A DNA stretch of 24,000 bases from Comamonadaceae bacterium 25HG05S-68 (GCA_049860745.1 CP187561.1), one strand, 5' to 3'. Counted from the first letter of the stretch, positions 16,333 to 23,450 are shown. The notes: generated by a model from the sequence alone, not told the origin. Made by a program: numbers and translations.

Positions 16333-17292
16333 TCAAGCCAACGTATGCGACTGAGGCGAACAAAGCTCCGTCGCTCCAGTCAATTTGCGCCGCAGCTTGG
16401 GAGAGATGTTTTGCACCTGCACAAACACCAGCCCATCCAGGGTGTTGTTGAACGATGCATCCAGATTGAAGGCCGCGAACCTTCCTTGCAGGCCCAGGTA
16501 GTGCTTGATGAGCATGGGCAAACCCAGATCCGGCGCCACCTCTTGTAGAAACTTGGCGAGTGCCGTGAGTTCGCCCAAACCAGCTAACACGCTGGTGAGG
16601 CGCCCCCACTGTGATGGCTTGGTGCCGGGGCTCCATTCAAGAGGATGACGTGGTCGTACCAACTGTTGCAGCACCGGATCCATATGATGGTGTTGCAGCG
16701 CATTGAGCAACAGCCCTCGCGCGCTGTCGCTGTAATTGGGGCTGATGCTGACAGGGCCAAACAAACGCTGCACTTCAGGGTGCTGGTCTAGCACTGCGGC
16801 AATGCCACCCCACAACAAACGCAAAACACGGCTGCTGCCTTGCCATTCGGGGTGCACAAACGAGCGTCCCAGTTCGATGCATGGGCCCGTATGGACAAAC
16901 ATGTCTTCGTCGAAGTCGAACAGACTGTGTGTGTAGAGCCCTTGCACGCCTTCGGCTGCCACGATGGGCGCGGTGAAACCCAACCGATAGGCTCCGAGAA
17001 TGGTTTGGTGGCTACTGTGCCAAACGAATAGCTGCTGGTAGCTGTGGTCAAACCTATCGGTGTCGAGCGCTTGACCAGTGCCTTCGCCCACCGCGCGAAA
17101 CGCCCACTCGCGCAACCGGGCAATTTCAAGCATCGCGTGGGGTAGTTCATGGGCTGGGGCGCAGTAGACCTCGAACTCACCCACGTGTAGCAGTTTGCGT
17201 GTGGCCGAAAGCGCTGCGATGTCGCGCGAGAGTGCAAGTGCGGAAATGGCGGGCGCCACGGGGGCGACGGTGGACGAGTGATGCTTGGTCAT
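16333..17292 (-). CDS. GNAT-fold N-acyltransferase of the OlsB / 'putative hemolysin' (COG3176-like) type
   Basis: ATG 17292 overlaps the upstream stop as ATGA (17289-17292), with GGAGG 6 nt upstream. Motifs recalled from the family: IARLREWAFRAVGEGTG, DTDRFDHSYQQLFVW, ILGAYRL, IELGRSFV, and C-terminal PMLIKHYLGLQGRFAAFNLDASFNNTLDGLVFV. Confidence 0.75.
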   Translation of the reverse strand: MTKHHSSTVAPVAPAISALALSRDIAALSATRKLLHVGEFEVYCAPAHELPHAMLEIARLREWAFRAVGEGTGQALDTDRFDHSYQQLFVWHSSHQTILGAYRLGFTAPIVAAEGVQGLYTHSLFDFDEDMFVHTGPCIELGRSFVHPEWQGSSRVLRLLWGGIAAVLDQHPEVQRLFGPVSISPNYSDSARGLLLNALQHHHMDPVLQQLVRPRHPLEWSPGTKPSQWGRLTSVLAGLGELTALAKFLQEVAPDLGLPMLIKHYLGLQGRFAAFNLDASFNNTLDGLVFVQVQNISPKLRRKLTGATELCSPQSHTLA

Positions 17293-18089
17293 GAAGCCTC
17301 CTGCAAGTTGTTCAACGTGATGCGAGCCTCGCCGCACGCTCCCTGCGCGGTAAACGATCGTTCCACAATGGTCAAGTGCGAGCGTCCATGCACAAGCAAG
17401 GTGCTGGCGCGGGTGCCGTAGTCAGGGGTTCGGATGAAGGTCGATGACAGGGCGCGCTCGCGCTCAAGTGGGATGCCCGTGCGGGGTAGGACGTTGTCTG
17501 GTGCCGCATCGGCATGCGCTAGGTGAGCCCAGATTTCTGCTTCCAAGGCTGGGGGCAGTTCATGCTGTGGCGGATGGCGGTGCACCGCAGCTTTAAAGCC
17601 TGCACGCAAGCGTTGAACCTTCGGCCACGGGGTATCGAAATCAGCGTTGGAGACACTGCCGACGCCAGGTTCGATTGGAAAGTACCGCTGATGGCGGCTT
17701 TCGTAGCCGACCAAGTCGCGGCCATCGAACATCAGCAGGTTGAACGGGTTGTAGGCGTTGGATTGCTTCGCCAAATCACGCGCAAAATGCTCTGCGCTTT
17801 GGGTGCTGTTCAAGAATGAGGTCACGATGCGGCCACGCGATGGCGCATCGTTTCGCTGCAGGTGAGGCGCGCGGTAGTTGGTCAGCGCGGCCACGCGGCC
17901 GTTGTAGCGGTGTGCGCCCAACCATGTGCCGCCATCTTTGAGGTCGCGCCCGGCGAGCAAGGGCGGCATGTGCGGGTCTTCCCACACGTGCAAGGCTTGT
18001 GTTGGGCGTGCGTAGAACTCGTCGCGGTTGGCGGCCAAGATGAGTGGAATGCGGGCGTCAGGCTGCCATTGAAAGCTCAGAATACACAT
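17289..18089 (-). CDS. NRDE-family protein (DUF833 / TANGO2-like)
   Basis: Start trimmed to ATG 18089, so the protein begins MCILSFQW... with Cys2 as in the family. The eponymous motif is LILAANRDEFYARPT, followed by AGRDLKDGGTWLG. Stop overlaps the next start (ATGA). Confidence 0.8.
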   Translation of the reverse strand: MCILSFQWQPDARIPLILAANRDEFYARPTQALHVWEDPHMPPLLAGRDLKDGGTWLGAHRYNGRVAALTNYRAPHLQRNDAPSRGRIVTSFLNSTQSAEHFARDLAKQSNAYNPFNLLMFDGRDLVGYESRHQRYFPIEPGVGSVSNADFDTPWPKVQRLRAGFKAAVHRHPPQHELPPALEAEIWAHLAHADAAPDNVLPRTGIPLERERALSSTFIRTPDYGTRASTLLVHGRSHLTIVERSFTAQGACGEARITLNNLQEAS

Positions 18090-18133
18090 AGCGAATGGTT
18101 GCGTAAGGTAAGTGCCAAGTTGGCGGCTGCTAC

Positions 18134-18994
18134 TCAGTGCGACTGCGGTGCGCCCGCTGCAGCGCAGGGCAACTGCAAAATGGCATCGGAGACCACAGAA
18201 GGTTTCTGCCACAGCAGGAAGTGCCCGTCTTCTGACTGCTTTTGCACTTTCAACCATGGCGCCGGCATGCGTTGTGCCACGTCGTCTGCGGTGGCGGGCA
18301 TCACCAACTCATCTCGGCTTCCCTGCAGTAGCACAAAGGGCACATGCAGTCGTGGCAGCGCCGCTTCAAGACGTTGCAGCTCCGACGCCAAAGGCATCAT
18401 TTCTGCGTTCGACAAAATCATCTCAGGTGGAATGAACCACTGCACCGGGCGCCATTGCGCCGCGTAGTTGTACCAACGGGGTTGCTCGCGCTGGGACGAC
18501 AGGGCTCCTGCGATAGACACGACGCCGCACACCTTGTCCGGCGCATCGATTGCCATCCATGCCGCCAGCGGGCCGCCGAGGGAATGGCCGACAACGATGG
18601 CATTCTGCCCCGGCGGGATCCACTGTGCCAGTTGTGCTGCCTGTTGCCGCAAATCGGTCACCACGGGGCCTTTTGAGTGCCCAAACCCGGGCCGGTCCAC
18701 TGCCACGCGATCACCCAGTTGGAGCAAGCGCGTGTCAGATAGATACGCCGCCCAGGCTTTCCAGTCTCCAGGTGAGCCATGCACGAACAGCAGCATGGGC
18801 TTTCCGGCTTGACCCGGCATGCGCATGGCGCTGAGCGTGCGCCCCTCAAGCTCTAGCGTGGCGACGACCGGCCGCTTGCCATCAGGAAATAAGCTTGCGA
18901 GGTCGCCGCGCGGATAGGGTGGATTGCCACAGCCTGCCAGCATCCATGATGAAGCAAAAACCAATGCTGAAAGCAGGCACTTGTGTAGCGACAT
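18134..18994 (-). CDS. Alpha/beta-hydrolase lipoprotein (serine hydrolase)
   Basis: 286 aa. Lipoprotein signal with lipobox MLAGC (MSLHKCLLSALVFASSWMLAGCG). HG oxyanion context LLFVHGSPGD. Nucleophile elbow VVGHSLGG. C-terminal DGHFLL (candidate catalytic His). Confidence 0.85.
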   Translation of the reverse strand: MSLHKCLLSALVFASSWMLAGCGNPPYPRGDLASLFPDGKRPVVATLELEGRTLSAMRMPGQAGKPMLLFVHGSPGDWKAWAAYLSDTRLLQLGDRVAVDRPGFGHSKGPVVTDLRQQAAQLAQWIPPGQNAIVVGHSLGGPLAAWMAIDAPDKVCGVVSIAGALSSQREQPRWYNYAAQWRPVQWFIPPEMILSNAEMMPLASELQRLEAALPRLHVPFVLLQGSRDELVMPATADDVAQRMPAPWLKVQKQSEDGHFLLWQKPSVVSDAILQLPCAAAGAPQSH

Positions 18995-19006
18995 GACTGC
19001 GGTGGC

Positions 19007-19483
19007 TTATTTCGCGAAGATCAACGGCAACCAGAGGCCGCGACGTAACCAGAGCAGCAGAGCGCAACTGATCCACACGCCGCAGGCCAGCATGAAGAGC
19101 TGGCCGCCATCGCTGCTACCGTCGGTGTTTTGTACGGCCACACCTAGAGGGGTGAACAGATGGAAGAAGATGGCGCCACTGATCACGCCCAGCCCCAGCG
19201 CTGCTCCTGCCGCCTGCAACCCGCGCAAACTGGCAAAAGCGGCTCCCAGTAGCAACAGCACGGAGGCCACCAGTTCAAACGAGCCCACCACCTTTGCTGA
19301 CGCAATGCCACCGGGTGCAAACACGCCAGGCAGCCCGATGGACAGCGCCCAGGGGTTTAGCTTGGTTTCAAAGATGTAGATGGTCTCAGGCGCATTTGTG
19401 AACTTGAAGAACAACGACTGGATGAAGACGAAGGCCACGAACAAGGTCAAAACCCAATGGCCGTTTTTTTTGATGAATTCCAT
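19007..19483 (-). CDS. Small integral membrane protein, 4 predicted TM helices (DoxX-like; tentative)
   Basis: 158 aa with AGGAG RBS before ATG 19483. Four hydrophobic segments. The overall length and pattern resemble DoxX/DoxX-like proteins, but I see no diagnostic motif. Confidence 0.6.
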   Translation of the reverse strand: MEFIKKNGHWVLTLFVAFVFIQSLFFKFTNAPETIYIFETKLNPWALSIGLPGVFAPGGIASAKVVGSFELVASVLLLLGAAFASLRGLQAAGAALGLGVISGAIFFHLFTPLGVAVQNTDGSSDGGQLFMLACGVWISCALLLWLRRGLWLPLIFAK

Positions 19484-19501
19484 GATGGGCTCCTGGTGTG
19501 T

Positions 19502-19972
19502 TTACTTCTTCAGCAAACCTGAAAATTTGGCGTCCGCGTCGCGGATGTAGCCTGGGCGGTCTTTGTTCCACTTCTTCTGCACATCGGTGTCGTAGTTGAG
19601 ATAAAGCTTGCCGTCGATCACGGCGAAGTTGTTCGGGTCCACCTTGACCAAGCTGTCGGTGGCCACGCCATAGGCGCAGTAACCACCGTATTGCGGCGCG
19701 TATTTTTCAGGCGCGCCTTTGAACAAATCCGCATTGCCTTGGTTGGCAAATTTCCACTTGGCGCCCCTCCACTCCACAACAAAGTGGTCGTCACCTTTGA
19801 CGGCTTTGTTCTGCACGATATAGGCCACGGTGTCGTAGCCGTTGATCGCTGTGTCGGTTCGGGTCGCAAAGAACGAGTTCGTCAAGGTGTTGATAGGCGG
19901 TTCTGCGGCCCAGGCATTGAGGCCCAAGAGCAATGAGGCGCCGACGAAGGTGCGACGAAGAAGTGTGATCAT
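19502..19972 (-). CDS. YHS-domain periplasmic protein (Cys form of the 'YHS domain-containing (seleno)protein' family)
   Basis: Start trimmed to ATG 19972 (MITLLRRTFVGASLLLGLNAWA signal peptide) with GGGAGA RBS. Motifs: INGYDTVAY, KYAPQYGGYCAYGVA, IDGKLYLNY, VQKKWNKD. Confidence 0.8.
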   Translation of the reverse strand: MITLLRRTFVGASLLLGLNAWAAEPPINTLTNSFFATRTDTAINGYDTVAYIVQNKAVKGDDHFVVEWRGAKWKFANQGNADLFKGAPEKYAPQYGGYCAYGVATDSLVKVDPNNFAVIDGKLYLNYDTDVQKKWNKDRPGYIRDADAKFSGLLKK

Positions 19973-20064
19973 GGTGTCTCCCTGGTGAAAGTTGCCGATA
20001 TGAATGTCAGTCGAGCGGATGAATGGGCGTCTTACAAAAAAAAAATGCAGGTAGTCCTGAAAAA

Positions 20065-21228
20065 TCAAAACCAGACTTCGCTGCGACGCTGGTCTTCCCG
20101 AAGGGCGCGCAACAGCGTCCAAGGGGATGTGGTTGGCGCTCCCGCACGCGCGTGGGCTGCACCAATGTCAAATGCCAGCGACCATTGCCGGAACATCGCG
20201 CGGTAGCCTACCCACAGTGGCGTGCCTGGGTGGTAGATGTGGGCGCTTTCTGCCGAGACGCCGTTGACTTCCAGTACTTGCAGGCCTTGCCCGTTCTGGA
20301 AGTCTTCTATGCTGGGCACACGCAGGTCGATGCGGCCAAAGGCGTAGCCAGGCAGGGCGTCCAGAAAACGCGTGAGCGTGTGGACCAGTTCTGGCGTGGC
20401 CAAGTGGTTGGCATCCAGAAACACACTACCGCGGCAGTGGGCGCCGATCTCCACCAGTTGGATGCGCTCGTTGTCCGCTGGAACCTGCTCAAGTTCTTGG
20501 GCCCAACGGGACAACAGGAAACCTGAGATGAGCTTAGCGCGGCTGTCGTTCAAGATCAGCTCTCGCAAGGTGTGTTGCCCGTCACCCATCACATGCGGAA
20601 ACGTTTTGTGCGTGATTGACAAAATGCTCGCCTGGCGCTGACCGGGTTTGCGTGCCACATAGACGCCGAACTCTTGGCCGGGCACGTACCGCTGAACGAT
20701 CACGTCCCCAGTGAAGCGGGCCAGATAGTCGTGCGCCTCTTGCCATTGCCTCGCTACAAACACGCCGCGTCCGCGCTGGCCGATGTTGGGCTTGAGCACT
20801 ACAGGCAAGCCGTGCTCGGCGACAAACGCCTGCGCGGTGTCGAGCCGGGCGCTGAGTTCTCCTGCGGGTATCAGAATAAACGTGGCCACGAGGTCCGGGG
20901 CGTTGGTCAGCAGCGGTGCCAGTGCCAGGTGTTTGCGTTCGCCCACCATGCCGCTGGCTTCCAGGCCAGGGTTCGACGCGGTGAACGCCATGTGGCTGCG
21001 ATGCTTGAGGCCCAGCCACAAAATCCAACAGACAATGGGCAGGTAATACAGCCACGAGGGCCAAAACTCCCAGCGCCAGCCCCGTTCCACGGTGATGCGA
21101 AAACGCGCGAGCCACGGGATCTGCTGCTTTGGCGTAGCGCCTTCAGTGGTGAGCCAGGGCAGGGTGCTGGGGCGCAAGGGTGGGCTGATGTGCAATGTGC
21201 TACCGGGCGGTGTGAGTTGTCGGGTCAT
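20065..21228 (-). CDS. ATP-grasp ligase with N-terminal membrane anchor (substrates unknown)
   Basis: 387 aa. N-terminal hydrophobic segment WEFWPSWLYYLPIVCWILWLGL. ATP-grasp signatures LPVVLKPNIGQRGRGVFV, VIVQRYVPGQEFGVYV, GRIDLRV, LQVLEVNG. The start ATG overlaps the upstream stop (ATGA, 21225-21228). Confidence 0.8.
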   Translation of the reverse strand: MTRQLTPPGSTLHISPPLRPSTLPWLTTEGATPKQQIPWLARFRITVERGWRWEFWPSWLYYLPIVCWILWLGLKHRSHMAFTASNPGLEASGMVGERKHLALAPLLTNAPDLVATFILIPAGELSARLDTAQAFVAEHGLPVVLKPNIGQRGRGVFVARQWQEAHDYLARFTGDVIVQRYVPGQEFGVYVARKPGQRQASILSITHKTFPHVMGDGQHTLRELILNDSRAKLISGFLLSRWAQELEQVPADNERIQLVEIGAHCRGSVFLDANHLATPELVHTLTRFLDALPGYAFGRIDLRVPSIEDFQNGQGLQVLEVNGVSAESAHIYHPGTPLWVGYRAMFRQWSLAFDIGAAHARAGAPTTSPWTLLRALREDQRRSEVWF

Positions 21229-21782
21229 GCTGTGACCTCCGTGGCGGGTGATCGGTTTTCATGGGCGACGGTGGCTGGCGCTTTGCCCAGCCCTGCACCA
21301 AAGCTTTTGCCTTCTTGTCTGGCGTAGCCTTGCAGCACCGCAAAGTGATGCACCGCGTGGCTTGCCAGAAATGTGAGTTCTCGCGCTACGCTGGATGGAC
21401 CGACGAACGTGAACTCGCCCTGCAATCCACCGCGCAAATGCACGGCGACGGTCCGTGTCAAATCTTTGTCACCCCATTGCGCCGACACCAGCCACCGCTG
21501 TAACGCACGCAGTTGAGTCAAGGCAAACGCTGGGTCGGTTTCGATGCGAATGTCGCGCGCGCGGTTGTCGTAGTCGACGGTGGGGACCTGCGTGGTCAAC
21601 GCACCATCGAGTACCCGTTGCAGGGTTTGGTAGTGTTCGATGATGTGCCGCACGTGCGGCCCGATGTGGTCGGAGTACGGGCTGCTGAACGCGGTGTGTT
21701 GTGCGATCACGCCTGCGGTTTGCTCCAACACTGCGTGGTTGTAGCGCAGCAATGCGGCGCTGTGGGAGGTGAGGACTTTCAT
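21225..21782 (-). CDS. DinB-fold (four-helix-bundle, His-rich metal site) protein, function unknown
   Basis: Start trimmed to ATG 21782 (MKVLTSHS...), which overlaps the upstream stop as ATGA (21779-21782). 185 aa. His motifs HIGPHVRHIIEHY near the N-terminus and LASHAVHHFAVLQGY near the C-terminus are typical of DinB/DinB_2-like bundles. Confidence 0.65.
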   Translation of the reverse strand: MKVLTSHSAALLRYNHAVLEQTAGVIAQHTAFSSPYSDHIGPHVRHIIEHYQTLQRVLDGALTTQVPTVDYDNRARDIRIETDPAFALTQLRALQRWLVSAQWGDKDLTRTVAVHLRGGLQGEFTFVGPSSVARELTFLASHAVHHFAVLQGYARQEGKSFGAGLGKAPATVAHENRSPATEVTA

Positions 21783-22273
21783 GCTGTGACTTTCTGAGTA
21801 CGCATCAGCAAGACTGCATAGCTGCTGCAAAACAAGATGTTGGGAACGACACCTGGGGCGAGGGTCAACAAGATGTGCTGGGTGTGGATGGCGGTGTGTA
21901 CTGCCAGCAGCGTGGCGTAGGTCAGGCCCAAGCCCAACACGGTGGTGCGCGCAGCCCCGCGCCAGCCTTGTGAATGCCCAAGAAAGCGATGGTGGATTTG
22001 GCGCATGGCCCACGTGCCGCCAAAAGTGAGCGCGGCGCTGGTGGCCCAGTGAGTGCTACCCACCAGCAGGGCTTGGTGGGCGCCATCACCCCAGTTCGCC
22101 CATGTGGCCCAAGCGCCGTAAAACGCACCTCCCAGAATGGCACCGAACCATGAGTCCATGAGCCTGCGTAATCGCCACCACACCGATTGGCGAGTCCGAT
22201 GAGTAGGCGATAGCGTGGCTTCGTCGTTCTGCGACAGAGGTGGTGCCGTGGCGGATGCAGAGGTTGTGTTCAT
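21779..22273 (-). CDS. Hypothetical inner-membrane protein, 4 predicted TM helices
   Basis: 164 aa. Hydrophilic roughly 40-aa N-terminus, then four hydrophobic segments rich in Trp, His and Gly (SWFGAILGGAFYGAWATWANW; ALLVGSTHWATSAALTFGGTWAM; TTVLGLGLTYATLLAVHTAI; ILLTLAPGVVPNILFCSSYAVLLM). First gene of an ATGA-chained trio. Confidence 0.65.
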   Translation of the reverse strand: MNTTSASATAPPLSQNDEATLSPTHRTRQSVWWRLRRLMDSWFGAILGGAFYGAWATWANWGDGAHQALLVGSTHWATSAALTFGGTWAMRQIHHRFLGHSQGWRGAARTTVLGLGLTYATLLAVHTAIHTQHILLTLAPGVVPNILFCSSYAVLLMRTQKVTA

Positions 22274-22450
22274 AAAGATAGGTCAGCCGAGGCTTGGTTA
22301 CCTATCAGTCGAAGCACCACGCGTTTTCTTACAGCGCCTTCGGCGCCACCTTTGCATGAAAAGGTTTTGGAGACGATTGGATACAGCTACGCCTCAGCCG
22401 CCGATAGGGCCTGCGAGGGTAAGGGCGAGAACAGGTCTTTCGACCTTGAC

Positions 22451-23374
22451 TCAGCGTGACAAGTCGTCTCGTGTGCGAAGAAACGTAGCGAACCTGGGCA
22501 ATCCGCTGGGATTGACGTCGCGATAGCGGTAGCTGATCCAACTGCCTACGGCGGGTGGCTCGCGGCGTTGTGCATCGGTAAATCCCGAGCCGATCTTGAA
22601 ACGCAATCCCTCGGGCGTCTTCACCATCAGGGCACCCATCTGCCCCTGGTATTTGCCTTGGCCTCGTACCTGGGCGAGCACCTGTGCATCGGCATCGAGG
22701 TATGGTTTGAGTTTGACCAAGTCGTCGCTACGCACGGCGCGGTAGAGCGAGTCACCACGATGCAGCATGAGGCCCTCGCCACCGGCTTGCACGATTTCAC
22801 GCAGCCGTGTCTTCAGCGCTTGTGGGCTGGCCACCTTGTGCTGAATCACCGCCATGACCCAAGGCCTGTTCATTAGGTGCACGGTGTGCTGAAGGGCAGG
22901 AATGCGCTCGTCAAATGAGCCGCCATGAGCAGGCAGATCAAACACCATGAAGCGTAGGCGTTGCCAGGCGGTATTGGCCGGCGATTGTTGCCGTGCCGTG
23001 GATACCGCTTCATTGAAGCGGCCCCGTCCAGCCCACAACTCACCGTCAAGTGGCGTTGCAGGCCAACCCGCAGTGAACCATGCTGGCGCATGCACGATCT
23101 CGCCGCCCCGTGTGCGCAGCACCTTGCCATCCCAGTAGCCGCGCACCCCGTCGTACTTCTCACTGACCCAATAAGCGTCGAGCGGCAAGCCGCTGCGGTA
23201 GACATTCGCCAACATCAACGCAGGTGTGGATGGTGGCGATTTGTCTTGCGCTAGGGCCGTGAGGCCGGTGATCGTCAGCCAGCCGCCCAATGCGACTTGC
23301 GCGGCTTGCAAAATGCCACGGCGCGAAACAACGTCGACGGTGGACGTCAAATAACTCGTGCGGAAATGTGGCAT
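22451..23374 (-). CDS. Minimal ATP-dependent DNA ligase, Lig E type, with N-terminal export signal
   Basis: Adenylation motif I SEKYDGVRG (Lys codon 23156-23158). Further nucleotidyltransferase and OB-domain motifs: LDGELW, FMVFD, GEGLMLHR, DLVKLKP, YQGQMGALMV, GSGFTD. N-terminus ...VSRRGILQAAQVALGGWLTITGLTALA is signal-like, with a twin-Arg context. The start is either ATG 23374 or TTG 23389. Confidence 0.85.
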   Translation of the reverse strand: MPHFRTSYLTSTVDVVSRRGILQAAQVALGGWLTITGLTALAQDKSPPSTPALMLANVYRSGLPLDAYWVSEKYDGVRGYWDGKVLRTRGGEIVHAPAWFTAGWPATPLDGELWAGRGRFNEAVSTARQQSPANTAWQRLRFMVFDLPAHGGSFDERIPALQHTVHLMNRPWVMAVIQHKVASPQALKTRLREIVQAGGEGLMLHRGDSLYRAVRSDDLVKLKPYLDADAQVLAQVRGQGKYQGQMGALMVKTPEGLRFKIGSGFTDAQRREPPAVGSWISYRYRDVNPSGLPRFATFLRTRDDLSR

Positions 23375-23406
23375 ATCTAAGGGCTTCAATCGTTCGGCGG
23401 TCGCGC

Positions 23407-23450
23407 ATTCTAGAAGTCCGTCTTACGCGACAACAGGGATTTGTTCTCGC
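23407..23450 (-). promoter_or_regulatory. Hairpin after the permease gene plus a -10-like box upstream of the ligase gene
   Basis: 9-bp stem with one C.C mismatch (23427-23435 GCGACAACA pairing with 23442-23450 TGTTCTCGC), 10 nt after the NUP stop and with no U-tract. A minus-strand TAGAAT lies at 23412-23407, about 33 nt upstream of ATG 23374. The -35 is poor (TGTTGT or TTGTCG). Confidence 0.3.

Noticed and set aside
19464-19471. A8 run (coding strand) at codons 4-7 of the DoxX-like gene, considered as a phase-variation site
   Set aside because: It simply encodes Lys-Lys-Asn (AAA AAA AAC). The tract is short and there is no supporting context. I note it only.
20582-21327. Overlapping ORFs 20582-21115 (-) and 20674-21327 (+) across the ATP-grasp gene
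   Set aside because: These are shadow frames of the ATP-grasp CDS. Their translations are Arg/Pro/Gly-rich and lack the family motifs found in the 20065-21228 frame.
22274-22450. Possible small precursor-peptide gene (graspetide/RiPP-like) upstream of the ATP-grasp operon
   Set aside because: The only minus-strand mini-ORF I found (ATG CAA AGG TGG ..., 19 codons, MQRWRRRRCKKTRGASTDR) is Arg-rich. It lacks a Ser/Thr plus Asp/Glu core and has no RBS. I therefore make no RiPP claim.
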